From an uncultured Gammaproteobacteria bacterium (lineage in GTDB: Bacteria > Patescibacteriota > Patescibacteriia > UBA1558 > UBA10009), in the NCBI GenBank assembly GCA_964588165.1, contig CAZPMS010000002.1, positions 105,839-169,838 on the forward strand: 64,000 bases of DNA, written 5' to 3'. Shown here one piece after another: positions 1-9,134 of the stretch. The position numbers were made by a program, and so were the translations under genes. Numbering within the stretch: the first letter of the stretch is position 1; the number at the start of each line of letters is the position of its first letter. The notes beneath the pieces are model-generated. The model had not been told where the DNA came from and did no database searches. It saw only the letters and a list, made by a program, of their open reading frames with translations.

Positions 1-6
1 TATTTT

Positions 7-1428
7 ATGAAGCGAACAAAAATAGTGGCCACTATTGGCCCGGCTTGTGATAGTACAGCTAAACTTTCTCAAATGGCTAAATCAGGGATGAATTTGGCCC
101 GTTTTAATTTTTCCCATGGAACTTATGCCTCTAACAGGCAAGCTGTAAACCGGGTTAGGGTAGTTGCTAAAAAGCTAGGTAAGCCAATAGGTATTATCCA
201 GGATTTACAGGGACCCAGGATTAGGGTGGGAGAAATAAGTAAAGACGGTTTGGAGTTAAAAAAGAATGAGACGATTGTTTTAGTTGAAGATAGTAAAAAA
301 ATTAATTCCAAAAAAAAATCTATCCCAATTCAGTTTGTAAAACTATCTAAAGTTCTTAAAAAAGGCAGTAAGGTTTTAATGCTGGATGGTTTAATAGAAC
401 TAAAGGTGATTGAAGTAAATAAGGTTTCAGTAAAGGCCAAAGTTTTAAAGCCAGGCCATATATATAGTTATAAGGGAGTTAATATTCCAGGTATAGATTT
501 GGGATTGCCAGTGATAACTAATAAAGATATTGCAGATTTAAAATTTGGTTTAAAACTGGGAGTAGATTATATTGCCCTTTCTTTTGTAGGTACAGCTAAA
601 GACCTAAAAGATTTAAGAAAGTTAATAAGAAAGTTTGATAAAAAAAGCCAAGTTCAAATAATGGCTAAAATTGAAAGGGGAGTGGCCGTAAAGAATATTA
701 AGGCCATTATTAAAGAAGCAGATACTATTATGGTAGCCAGGGGAGATTTAGGAATAGAAATGCCGGCTGTTAAAGTTCCTATCATCCAAAAAGAAATGGT
801 TAAGATGTGCTTGGAAGAAGGCAAGCCGGTTATTGTAGCCACTCAAATGTTAGATTCCATGATCAGAAATTCTAAACCTACCAGGGCTGAAGTTTCTGAT
901 GTGGCCAATGCCGTTATAGACCATGCAGATGCCGTTATGCTTTCCGGAGAAACAGCTTATGGCAAGTATCCTGTAGAATCTGTTAAGATGATGAGCCAGA
1001 TTATCCAAGAAACAGAAGCCTCAATTTATGATGATATGCAGCCCGGCTATTTTTCTGAAAAAAACCTTTCGGTTACTAAGGCAATTTCTGAATCAGTTTT
1101 TGAACTGGTTAAAGATACTAAGGCCAAAGCCATTGTGGCAGCTACTGATTCCGGTTATACCGCTAAGATGATTTCCAGATACCGGCCAGAAACCAGAATT
1201 ATAGTTTTAGTTAATCAACTGGAAATTTGTCGTCAATTAACGTTGGTTTGGGGAATTTATCCAGAAATGATGCCAGTTTGTAAAAGTATGGATGAACTAA
1301 TTGATAAATCAGTTAAGATAGTAAAAAGCCAGAAGTTGGTTAAAAAAGGCGACCAGATAGTGATTGTTACTGGACAGCCAGTGGGCAAGTCAAAAAATAT
1401 GAATTTAGTAAAAGTTCAGACAATTTAA
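7..1428 (+). CDS. pyk: pyruvate kinase
   Basis: 473 aa; N-terminus MKRTKIVATIGPA..., typical PK barrel and C-terminal domain motifs. Confidence 0.9.
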   Translation: MKRTKIVATIGPACDSTAKLSQMAKSGMNLARFNFSHGTYASNRQAVNRVRVVAKKLGKPIGIIQDLQGPRIRVGEISKDGLELKKNETIVLVEDSKKINSKKKSIPIQFVKLSKVLKKGSKVLMLDGLIELKVIEVNKVSVKAKVLKPGHIYSYKGVNIPGIDLGLPVITNKDIADLKFGLKLGVDYIALSFVGTAKDLKDLRKLIRKFDKKSQVQIMAKIERGVAVKNIKAIIKEADTIMVARGDLGIEMPAVKVPIIQKEMVKMCLEEGKPVIVATQMLDSMIRNSKPTRAEVSDVANAVIDHADAVMLSGETAYGKYPVESVKMMSQIIQETEASIYDDMQPGYFSEKNLSVTKAISESVFELVKDTKAKAIVAATDSGYTAKMISRYRPETRIIVLVNQLEICRQLTLVWGIYPEMMPVCKSMDELIDKSVKIVKSQKLVKKGDQIVIVTGQPVGKSKNMNLVKVQTI

Positions 1429-1454
1429 TAGATATTTGTTTTTATTAATAAAGG

Positions 1455-1489
1455 TTGACAAAATGTCAATTTTTATTTATACTCCAGAA
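1455..1489 (+). promoter_or_regulatory. sigma70-like promoter for tRNA cluster (TTGACA-17nt-TATACT)
   Basis: ttgaca at 1455-1460, 17-nt spacer, tatact; located ~30 nt upstream of first tRNA. Confidence 0.5.
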
Positions 1490-1520
1490 AGTCTTTAAAA
1501 AAGAATAGATATTTAGACGT

Positions 1521-1597
1521 CGCGGGGTAGAGCAGTTGGCAGCTCGGCAGGCCCATAACCTGCAGGTCGCCGGTTCGAGTCCGGCCCCCGCAACCAA
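1521..1597 (+). tRNA. initiator tRNA-fMet (anticodon CAU)
   Basis: cloverleaf foldable by eye; C1xA72 mismatch (cgcgggg...ccccgca-a-cca), CAT anticodon in loop cccataa, T-arm gccgg-ttcgagt-ccggc. Confidence 0.8.
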
Positions 1598-1625
1598 ACC
1601 TTTTAATACTTTATATATCTCATAT

Positions 1626-1700
1626 GGCGGCGTAGCTCAGTGGTAGAGCAGCAGACTCATAAGCTGTTGGTCGGTGGTTCAAATCCACCCGCCGCTACCA
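1626..1700 (+). tRNA. tRNA with CAU anticodon (elongator Met or lysidine-modified Ile2)
   Basis: ggcggcg acceptor, D-arm gctcagtggtagagc, anticodon loop ctcataa, variable region ttggtcggtggttcaaatcc resembling E. coli tRNA-Ile2; terminal CCA encoded. Confidence 0.75.
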
Positions 1701-1701
1701 T

Positions 1702-1787
1702 GCCGGAGTGGCGGAATTGGTAGACGCGCACGACTCAAAATCGTGTGGGCTATGCTCATGAGAGTTCGAGTCTCTCCTCCGGCACCA
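1702..1787 (+). tRNA. tRNA-Leu (anticodon CAA), type II with long variable arm
   Basis: acceptor gccggag/ctccggc, anticodon stem-loop cacga-ctcaaaa-tcgtg, long variable arm, T-arm gagttcgagtctc. Confidence 0.85.
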
Positions 1788-1874
1788 TAATGCCTAAGTT
1801 AAAACAAAAGATCTGCTAATGAGGCAGTTTTTTTGTTGAAAAAAAAGTAATTATTAAGTATACTTATCAAGTCT

Positions 1875-2648
1875 ATGGGCAGAATTATTTCAATAATTAA
1901 TCAAAAAGGTGGAGTTGGTAAAACCACCACCGCTGTGAATTTAGCCGCCTACCTTTCTGCTTATGGACAGAAGGTTTTATTGGTTGATGTAGATCCTCAA
2001 GGCAATGCTTCGTCCGGTTTGGGTATAGATTACCGTAATTTGGAAAAAGGCATATACGATGTAATGGTGGTTGATAGGGTTACCATGGAAGAAGTTTTAC
2101 ATGATACTAACCATGATAATTTACATATAGCACCCGCTAATCTAAATTTGGCCGGAGCTAATGTGGAGCTTGTTAATTTAAATCGTCGGGAATTTAGGCT
2201 AGCTGATAATTTACGCAGAGTAGTAGAAGATTACGATTTTATTTTAATTGATAATCCGCCTTCTTTAGGCCTATTAACTTTAAACGGTATAGTAGCGGCT
2301 GATGAGTTATTAATTCCTGTCCAGTGTGAATATTACGCTTTAGAAGGTTTAGGCCAGTTATTGCATACCATTAATCTTATTCAAAATAATTTAAAACCAG
2401 ATTTACATATTTTGGGAGCTGTTTTAACAATGTATGATGGACGCAATAAGCTTTCCGAGGCTGTTTTTAACGAACTGTACCAGTATTTTCCGAGAAGAAT
2501 TTTTAGGTCAGTAATTCCACGGAGCATCCGTTTGGCAGAAGCGCCTTCTTACGGCCAGACTATTATGGAATTTGATCCGCATTCCAAAGGCGCTAGGGCA
2601 TACAACAAGCTGGCTCAAGAATTAATTTTTTCAAAAATAAACAATTAA
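1875..2648 (+). CDS. parA: chromosome partitioning ATPase ParA/Soj
   Basis: 257 aa; Walker A KGGVGKTT deviant motif, ParA family. Confidence 0.9.
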   Translation: MGRIISIINQKGGVGKTTTAVNLAAYLSAYGQKVLLVDVDPQGNASSGLGIDYRNLEKGIYDVMVVDRVTMEEVLHDTNHDNLHIAPANLNLAGANVELVNLNRREFRLADNLRRVVEDYDFILIDNPPSLGLLTLNGIVAADELLIPVQCEYYALEGLGQLLHTINLIQNNLKPDLHILGAVLTMYDGRNKLSEAVFNELYQYFPRRIFRSVIPRSIRLAEAPSYGQTIMEFDPHSKGARAYNKLAQELIFSKINN

Positions 2649-2659
2649 TCATAAATTAT

Positions 2660-3544
2660 ATGGCTAAAAGTGGTTTAGGCAGGGGACTTAATTCTCTTAT
2701 CCCAAACAGAATAAATAATGAAATAGATGAAGCAGAAAAAGTTAAAGAAGTTTTTGATGACAGTTCAGAAAAAGTTAGGCAATTGGAAATAGATAGGATT
2801 GCAGTAAATCCTTGGCAACCGAGGGAGCATTTTGACCATAGCCAGTTGGAAGATTTGGTAAATTCCATAAAACAACATGGCATTTTACAGCCATTAATTG
2901 TTAGCCCGGCAGAAGGCGGCAATTTTCAATTAATTGCAGGTGAAAGAAGGCTAAAGGCAGCCAGCATTTTGGAATTAAAAACAGTTCCTTGTTTAGTTAG
3001 GGATACCGAAAAATTGGAAAAATTAGAGTTAGCTTTAATAGAGAACATCCAAAGGGCTAATTTAAATCCTATAGAAGAAGCAAAAGCTTATCAGAAATTG
3101 ATAGATGAATTTGATCTAACACAGGAGGAAGTAGGTTCCAGAGTAGGCAAAAAAAGGGCCACTGTTTCTAATGCCCTACGGCTATTGGATTTGTCTGAAG
3201 AAATTCAGCAGGCTTTAAAAGAAAATAAGATTACTACCGGCCATGCCAAGGTAATTTTGTCGGCCGAAGCAGAAGAAGTAAGGCAGAAATTATTTAAAAA
3301 GATTTTAAAATTTAACTTAACAGTTAGAGAAACAGAAGGCGAAGTTAAATCCGCCAAAGGCGGACCCGCCTCTGGCGGGAAGGGGCATGAGAAGGATATA
3401 GAAATCAAGGAAAAAGAAGATATTTTAAGAAAAGCCTTGGGTACCAAAGTTACCATAAATAAAAAAGGCGAAGCGGGCAGCATCACCATTGATTTTTATT
3501 CCCAAGAGGAATTAAACGGAATTATAGATAAAATTAAGGAATAA
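2660..3544 (+). CDS. parB: chromosome partitioning protein ParB/Spo0J
   Basis: 294 aa; ParB box GERRLKAA, HTH region; immediately follows parA. Confidence 0.9.
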   Translation: MAKSGLGRGLNSLIPNRINNEIDEAEKVKEVFDDSSEKVRQLEIDRIAVNPWQPREHFDHSQLEDLVNSIKQHGILQPLIVSPAEGGNFQLIAGERRLKAASILELKTVPCLVRDTEKLEKLELALIENIQRANLNPIEEAKAYQKLIDEFDLTQEEVGSRVGKKRATVSNALRLLDLSEEIQQALKENKITTGHAKVILSAEAEEVRQKLFKKILKFNLTVRETEGEVKSAKGGPASGGKGHEKDIEIKEKEDILRKALGTKVTINKKGEAGSITIDFYSQEELNGIIDKIKE

Positions 3545-3545
3545 T

Positions 3546-5030
3546 TTATTTTTTTAAGATTTTTCCCAGTCGCCCGGCTTGTTTTTTTCTCATGGCGATT
3601 TTTATTTTATCTTTTGCCAAATTGGTTTTTATAAAACTAAGCCAGTCCTCATTAGGCACCTGGCGATTTTTATTTATTAAAATATCAATCACATCACCAC
3701 TTTTAAGTTTGGTATCCAGTTGGACCATCTGGTCGTTAACGATAGCTCCAGAACATTTATCACCGATATCCGTGTGAATATGGTAGGCAAAATCAATCGG
3801 AGTTGCGTTTTCGGGCAGGTCTATAACATCGCCTTTGGGGGTAAAAACAAAAATGCGATTTTGGAAAAAATCCACTTTTATTTCCGAAAGGTAGGTTTTG
3901 TTATCAGCTATTTTTTTCTGGACCTCAATTAAGTTTTTTAGCCAGTTAGTTTTTTCCTTAGTTAGTTTTTTACCTTTAAGCTCTTTAAAATGCCAATGGG
4001 CGGCAATACCATATTCAGCCAATTCGTGCATTTCTTCATCCCTAATTTGGAATTCAACTATTTTTCCCCTTTCGGCAAAAACTGTGGTATGGATTGATTG
4101 GTAGCCATTGGGCTTGGGCTGGGCAATGTAATCTTTAATCCTGCCTTTTAGCGGAGTCCATTTTTTATGAATCAAGCCCAGAATTCTATAACAGTCGGCA
4201 ACATTTTTGGTTATTACCCTAATAGCGATTAGATCATAGATTTTATTTATGTCCTCGCCTTTTTCCAGAAGTTTTCTATAAAGGGAAAAAATGTGTTTAA
4301 TTCTGCCATGTATAGAAAAAATTTCTATATTATTTTCTATCAATTCTTTTTGAACAGCTTTTTTAACTTTTTCAATATATCTTTTTTCCACTTTTAACCT
4401 GGTTTCAACCAAACTTTTAACCCAATTGTATTCTTTAGGGTAAACATACGGAAAAGCTATATCTTCTAACAGCCCTTTCATTTCTCCCATGCCTAAGCGG
4501 TTGGCGATAGGCGCATATATTTCCAAGGTTTCCTGGGCGATCCTTTTTCTTTTATCTGGCCGGACAGCTTTTAGGGTATTAAGGTTATGGAGCCTATCAG
4601 CCAGTTTAATTAAAATGATCCGAATATCTTTAGCAATGGCCAGGAACATTTTTCTTAAGTTTTCAGCATATCTTTCCAGGCCACGGTATTTAAGGGTACC
4701 TAATTTGGTAATTCCTTCCACCAGTTGGAAAACTTCCTTACCAAATTTAGTTTTAATATCTTCCAGTGAATAATTAGTATCTTCGGGTACATCATGAAGC
4801 AGGCCAGCTATTATAGTTGGCAGGTCCAGTTTCATGGCCACTAAATTTTTAGCTGTAGCTAAAGAGTGTTGAATATAATCTTCTCCCGAAAGACGTTTTT
4901 GTCCTGCATGGGCCATAGCTGCAAATTCGTAGGCCTGTTTTATTAGTCTAGTGTTTACTTCGGGGTTATATTCTTTAATTCCTTTGATAATTTCATCAAT
5001 GGTAATGTTATTATTGGGAATTATAATCAT
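3546..5030 (-). CDS. RelA/SpoT-family bifunctional (p)ppGpp synthetase/hydrolase (short form, HD + synthetase + TGS, no obvious ACT)
   Basis: 494 aa; HD motif HDVPEDT, synthetase core, C-terminal TGS-like segment. Confidence 0.85.
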   Translation of the reverse strand: MIIIPNNNITIDEIIKGIKEYNPEVNTRLIKQAYEFAAMAHAGQKRLSGEDYIQHSLATAKNLVAMKLDLPTIIAGLLHDVPEDTNYSLEDIKTKFGKEVFQLVEGITKLGTLKYRGLERYAENLRKMFLAIAKDIRIILIKLADRLHNLNTLKAVRPDKRKRIAQETLEIYAPIANRLGMGEMKGLLEDIAFPYVYPKEYNWVKSLVETRLKVEKRYIEKVKKAVQKELIENNIEIFSIHGRIKHIFSLYRKLLEKGEDINKIYDLIAIRVITKNVADCYRILGLIHKKWTPLKGRIKDYIAQPKPNGYQSIHTTVFAERGKIVEFQIRDEEMHELAEYGIAAHWHFKELKGKKLTKEKTNWLKNLIEVQKKIADNKTYLSEIKVDFFQNRIFVFTPKGDVIDLPENATPIDFAYHIHTDIGDKCSGAIVNDQMVQLDTKLKSGDVIDILINKNRQVPNEDWLSFIKTNLAKDKIKIAMRKKQAGRLGKILKK

Positions 5031-5223
5031 ATTTTTATTATAACACCTTATCTGCCCCGCACCAAAAAAGTGATTTTTTAGTTGGAATTTAGATAATTAA
5101 GTAATCTTACAGTTAGTTATTGAAAAAATCAAATATAGAATTTAAACCGTGGTGCGGGGCCTACTAAAAAATCACCTAGTCAATAATTAGGTGATAGCTA
5201 GTAGCGAGCAGCTTATAGGAGGA

Positions 5224-6492
5224 TTAGAAGCTGGTCCTGCTTCGTAAAATTTGCTCTTCGGGTATCCAATTGGTTCTAAGTTCTCCGGCCAGGAAAAAAG
5301 AGCCGGTAATTAGGATTAAATCATCTTTTTTTTGGATTTTACGGGCATAGGCCAGCGCATTTTTAGGATCTAAGAAAACTGTTGATTTTTTAGAATTTTT
5401 TTTCAAAAAACCATCCATATTTTTAAGATCAGCCGTTTTTCTTAGAGGTTTAGAGAATCTGGTTAGGATAATTTCATCCACTTTAGGCAGAAGGACCTTT
5501 AGAATTTTTTTATAATCTTTGGTGTAAGAGATCGCAAAAATCAAAATCAGCTTTTTGTATTTAATATTATTTAAATTGTTTATAAGTTTAGCAATTTTGG
5601 CTGGATTATGTGAACCATCTAAAATTATTTTTGGATTTTTTTGAATAAGTTCAAAACGGCAGGGTAGTTTTGTATTTTTTATAACCTCATTTATTATTTT
5701 GTTTTCAATTTTTAAAATTTTGCCAACTGTCCGAATCACAAAGTTATTATCATGCTTTTCGTTTTTATAAAGCTGGCAATATTTTGCTCCAATTTTTTTA
5801 CATCTTTGTTTTAAAATTTCAATTATAGCCGGCCTGGCTTCACCGGTTATAAATGTGGAACTTTTTTTAATTATTCCAGCCTTGTCATTGGCAATTTCAG
5901 TTAAAGTTTTTCCTAAAATTTCTTGATGATCTAAATTAACATTTGTGATGATAGCTATTAAAGGTTTTTCTATAACATTGGTGGCATCTTCTTGGCCGCC
6001 TAGGCCAGCTTCTAAAACCACATACTCACATTTTTTTTGCTTATAATACAAAAAAGCTATACTAAGGAAAATTTCAAAATAAGAAGGCGTACCATAAGGG
6101 CTTTTGGTTTGGCATTTATCCAGAGCCGGTTTAATTTGATTAATTAGTTTAGCAAAATCATTTGGGGAAATATATAAATTACCCACTTTAATTCTTTCAA
6201 TAGGAGTTGTTGGATGAGGTGAATAAAATGAACCGACTTTTTTGCCGCTTTTTTGTAAAATTTCATGAATCATGGTTACGGTGGAACCTTTGCCAGCAGT
6301 ACCGGCTACATGGATATATTTAAAGCCTTTATGCGGATTACCTAAAAGCTTTAAAAGGTACTTTAACCTTTTAGTAAAAAAGCTACGGTCGTATTTACTA
6401 TTTTTTTTGTCCAGTTCATAATTTTTGCTGGGGATATTAAAAATAGAGTCTAAAAACTTAACCGCATTGTAGTATTCACCGAATTGTTTCAT
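5224..6492 (-). CDS. folC: folylpolyglutamate synthase/dihydrofolate synthase (Mur ligase family)
   Basis: 422 aa; IHVAGTAGKGST P-loop, NVNLDHQEILG motif typical of FolC. Confidence 0.8.
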   Translation of the reverse strand: MKQFGEYYNAVKFLDSIFNIPSKNYELDKKNSKYDRSFFTKRLKYLLKLLGNPHKGFKYIHVAGTAGKGSTVTMIHEILQKSGKKVGSFYSPHPTTPIERIKVGNLYISPNDFAKLINQIKPALDKCQTKSPYGTPSYFEIFLSIAFLYYKQKKCEYVVLEAGLGGQEDATNVIEKPLIAIITNVNLDHQEILGKTLTEIANDKAGIIKKSSTFITGEARPAIIEILKQRCKKIGAKYCQLYKNEKHDNNFVIRTVGKILKIENKIINEVIKNTKLPCRFELIQKNPKIILDGSHNPAKIAKLINNLNNIKYKKLILIFAISYTKDYKKILKVLLPKVDEIILTRFSKPLRKTADLKNMDGFLKKNSKKSTVFLDPKNALAYARKIQKKDDLILITGSFFLAGELRTNWIPEEQILRSRTSF

Positions 6493-6496
6493 ATTT

Positions 6497-7141
6497 TTAT
6501 TTAGTTTTTTGAGATTTTTTTAGCCAATTAACTCCTAAGTAAACAAAGGGCGTATCAATTAAAGCAAAGGCTATCTTAAAAAGAAAGTAAGGGATTATTA
6601 AGTTCCACATAAAAGCAAAGTCAAACTTGGGAGCGACCTTATAAAAGGCAATAAACATAAAAATCACTGTATCAATAAATTGGCTGATAAATGTGGAAGC
6701 ATTGTTTCTTAACCATAAAAATTTCCCCTTGGTTTTCTTTTTCCAAAGATGGAATGACCAAACATCATGGACTTGAGCCAAAAGGAAAGCTATTAAAGAA
6801 GCAACAGTAATCCTTAAAGAGCCTTGGAAAATAGTTACATAGCTTTCATTGAAGGGATATCTGGCATTTGGCGGAAGAATGATGGAAATGTAAGTTATTA
6901 AAACCAGTAAAGCTAAAGCAACTAAACCAGCAAAAATAAGGCTGTAGCTTTTTTTCTTGCCATAAACCTCGGCAATAATATCGGTTACTAAAAAAGTTAG
7001 CGGATAGGTAAAAATAGCCACCGAAACAGCCACACCAAAAATAGTGGTTATTTTACCGCCCAAAAGACTAGCTGCAATTAGGCCGGTAAAAAAAATAGCC
7101 ACTAAAATATCTGTTTTATTTTCCAAGGTCAGCTTTTTCAT
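6497..7141 (-). CDS. YhhQ/VUT-family (DUF165) membrane protein, putative queuosine-precursor transporter
   Basis: 214 aa polytopic membrane protein with FLVTDIIAEVYG motif characteristic of DUF165. Confidence 0.5.
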   Translation of the reverse strand: MKKLTLENKTDILVAIFFTGLIAASLLGGKITTIFGVAVSVAIFTYPLTFLVTDIIAEVYGKKKSYSLIFAGLVALALLVLITYISIILPPNARYPFNESYVTIFQGSLRITVASLIAFLLAQVHDVWSFHLWKKKTKGKFLWLRNNASTFISQFIDTVIFMFIAFYKVAPKFDFAFMWNLIIPYFLFKIAFALIDTPFVYLGVNWLKKSQKTK

Positions 7142-7203
7142 ACGCTTAATTATAAGTTATTCAGGGCTTATTTTCAAGATAGAATTATCCAAATGTCAAG
7201 ATA

Positions 7204-8295
7204 TTATAACTTAATATAATTTTGATTACCGATATTTTTTATTAAACCTGCCAATTCCATTTCTATCAGGGCAGAATTTATTATTGGAGTATCCAGATTA
7301 CTATTTTCTATAATTTTGTCAATGTGGATAGGAGTGGCAGAAAGCAGTTTATAAATAATTTGTTCATATCTGGTTAAAGAAGAAATATCAACAACTGGTT
7401 TTTTTGGCAACCCATCATCAATAAAGATATTTAAGGCATCCAAAATATCAGCCGGTTTAATTACAACCTTAGCTCCTTTGCTAATTAAGGCATTGGTTCC
7501 TATAGAAGTTGGTGAATTTATATTTTGAGGCACAGCTAAAACCTCTCGGTTTTGTTCTAAAGCGTAAGAGGCGGTTATTAAAGCGCCGGATTTTTGGGCA
7601 GCCTCTACTATTAAGGCGGCTTGCGATAGGCCGGCAATAATCCGGTTGCGCCTGGGGAAGTTGGACGGCAAGGCAGGAAATGGAGGCGGGAATTCCGAAG
7701 TAAGCAAGCCGCCTGATGAAATAATTTTTTCAGCCAGCCTCCGGTTAGATTGAGGATAAAGGTTTTTATCTGCTAGGCCGGCTCCGGTTACGGCAATTGT
7801 TTTACCGCCATGATCTAAAGCTAACTGATGCGATAATTGGTCTACTCCGTAAGCCAAGCCGGATATAATAGTTACTTCTTTTCTGATAACCTCTTCTAAA
7901 AGTTGTGGCATTACTGTTTTTGCATAAGCAGAAATTTTTCGGGAACCTATTACAGCCAAAGGGTAGTTGGTATTAAAGGCATTAACATTTCCCCGATAGA
8001 ATAAAACTAAAGGAGGCGCATAAGTTTCCTTTAGGAGTTTTGGATAATTTTTTTCAGAAATAGAGACAGTTTTAATGTTTTGTCGGATTAAATCATCAAT
8101 AATTTTATCAGGATTAATTTTTTGTCTGCCACTGATTAAATTAGTAATTATTTTTTGAGGTAGATTAATTGATTTAAGATCAGCTACCGAGGCCTGCCAA
8201 ATTGTTTGGGCACAAGTAAAATGATTAAGCAGCCTTTTTAAAGTTACCGGTCCTATCTCTTTAAGGTAGGTAAGGGCAATAAGGTATTTATCCAT
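7204..8295 (-). CDS. dprA: DNA processing protein DprA (Smf)
   Basis: 363 aa; Rossmann-like DprA core (AVIGSRK...GLAYGVDQ...), C-terminal winged helix. Confidence 0.85.
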   Translation of the reverse strand: MDKYLIALTYLKEIGPVTLKRLLNHFTCAQTIWQASVADLKSINLPQKIITNLISGRQKINPDKIIDDLIRQNIKTVSISEKNYPKLLKETYAPPLVLFYRGNVNAFNTNYPLAVIGSRKISAYAKTVMPQLLEEVIRKEVTIISGLAYGVDQLSHQLALDHGGKTIAVTGAGLADKNLYPQSNRRLAEKIISSGGLLTSEFPPPFPALPSNFPRRNRIIAGLSQAALIVEAAQKSGALITASYALEQNREVLAVPQNINSPTSIGTNALISKGAKVVIKPADILDALNIFIDDGLPKKPVVDISSLTRYEQIIYKLLSATPIHIDKIIENSNLDTPIINSALIEMELAGLIKNIGNQNYIKL

Positions 8296-8305
8296 AGTGT
8301 TTGTG

Positions 8306-8361
8306 AAGCCTTGCCTGCAGCGACGTGCAATTGCACGTCGTTACAAAAGCAGGCAAGGCTT
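8306..8361. repeat. 56-bp palindromic repeat element, copy 1 (aagccttgcctgc-...gacgtgcaattgcacgtc...-gcaggcaaggctt)
   Basis: near-identical copy at 13014-13070; nested perfect palindrome. Confidence 0.8.
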
Positions 8362-8419
8362 TTAAAATAATAAAAAACAGCATCAATAATTAAAATGACC
8401 CCGTTTTTTTACTTCTTAA

Positions 8420-8471
8420 CCCAGTCACTCGCGCCATGTCTCGCCGGCAGGCAGGAGCAGCGGGGTTGACA
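8420..8471 (+). repeat. GC-rich ~50-nt repeat element A (cccagtcactcgcgccatgtctcgccggcaggcaggagcagcggggttgaca) fused to -35 hexamer
   Basis: 47/49 identical copy at 50156-50207; GC ~68% in ~33% GC genome. Confidence 0.8.
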
Positions 8472-8494
8472 AATTGTATAAAATAGTGTATCAT
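8466..8494 (+). promoter_or_regulatory. near-consensus sigma70 promoter TTGACA-17-TATCAT
   Basis: ttgaca 8466-8471, 17-nt spacer, tatcat 8489-8494; drives rightward toward small ORF at 8586. Confidence 0.6.
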
Positions 8495-8585
8495 ACTAGA
8501 TAAATTAAGTAAAATAGCACCTTTCATTGTAACCTCAAAAGATTACTACATTGAGCTAAGCTCAACACAGTAAGAGGAGGAACAG

Positions 8586-8750
8586 ATGCCAAAGTGTTTA
8601 GATTGCGACACGGGCCACCTTGATGAACAAGGTGATTGCAATAACCTGCAGTGTCTCAGCCATTCAAACCCTTTGCAGGCTTCGGTTAGGCCGCCCAATG
8701 CTAAGACGATTAAGCCCGGGCCCGAAGTCAAACCACAATACGTTAGTTGA
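8586..8750 (+). CDS. small Cys-containing protein, 54 aa (MPKCLDCDTGHLDEQGDCNNLQCLSHSNPLQ...)
   Basis: strong SD aagaggagg 6 nt upstream of ATG; below 60-aa cutoff of ORF track; four Cys; preferred over antisense ORF 8546-8731. Confidence 0.45.
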   Translation: MPKCLDCDTGHLDEQGDCNNLQCLSHSNPLQASVRPPNAKTIKPGPEVKPQYVS

Positions 8751-8910
8751 GATTTACTGATTTATTTTCCATATAACCCAAGGAATGCCTTAAAAAGCAT
8801 TCCTTTTTCTTTTACTTTACAATTTATACTAAAGTGTTATGTTTTAAGAAGTAGCACCCTTTGTTAACTGCAAAATTCGCTAAGCTTAGCTAAGCGAAAA
8901 GGAGGTAAGA

Positions 8911-9096
8911 ATGGCTGAAAACAAAAAACAAACCAGCTTACCTTTTCCTAGTCCAGATGATTTATCCCAGCCGCCAGAATTTAAGAATTTAGGCTGGGCT
9001 AAGTGTGGGTCATGCGGGGTGTGCTTACCACCCGAGGATACTAAAACTGAAACATGTCCAGTTTGTAGCGATCCAATTTGGCCAGATAACCAATAA
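8911..9096 (+). CDS. small Cys-rich protein, 61 aa (CGSCGVC...CPVC zinc-ribbon-like)
   Basis: strong SD aaaggaggt upstream; followed by rho-independent terminator. Confidence 0.5.
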   Translation: MAENKKQTSLPFPSPDDLSQPPEFKNLGWAKCGSCGVCLPPEDTKTETCPVCSDPIWPDNQ

Positions 9097-9103
9097 GACA
9101 TTT

Positions 9104-9134
9104 TTACCCTGTTATTTTTTAGCAGGGTTTTTTA
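9104..9134 (+). terminator. rho-independent terminator (accctg-ttattttttag-cagggt + T-run)
   Basis: hairpin plus tttttt. Confidence 0.6.

Noticed and set aside
123-842. Two 62-aa minus-strand ORFs (123-311, 654-842) inside pyk
   Set aside because: Antisense to a well-supported conserved gene; no RBS; low-complexity translations.
2656-2922. 88-aa minus-strand ORF overlapping the start of parB
   Set aside because: Antisense to a conserved parB N-terminus; no RBS.
8546-8731. 61-aa minus-strand ORF overlapping the 54-aa plus-strand small ORF
   Set aside because: The plus-strand frame has a near-perfect SD and an upstream promoter; the minus frame has neither.
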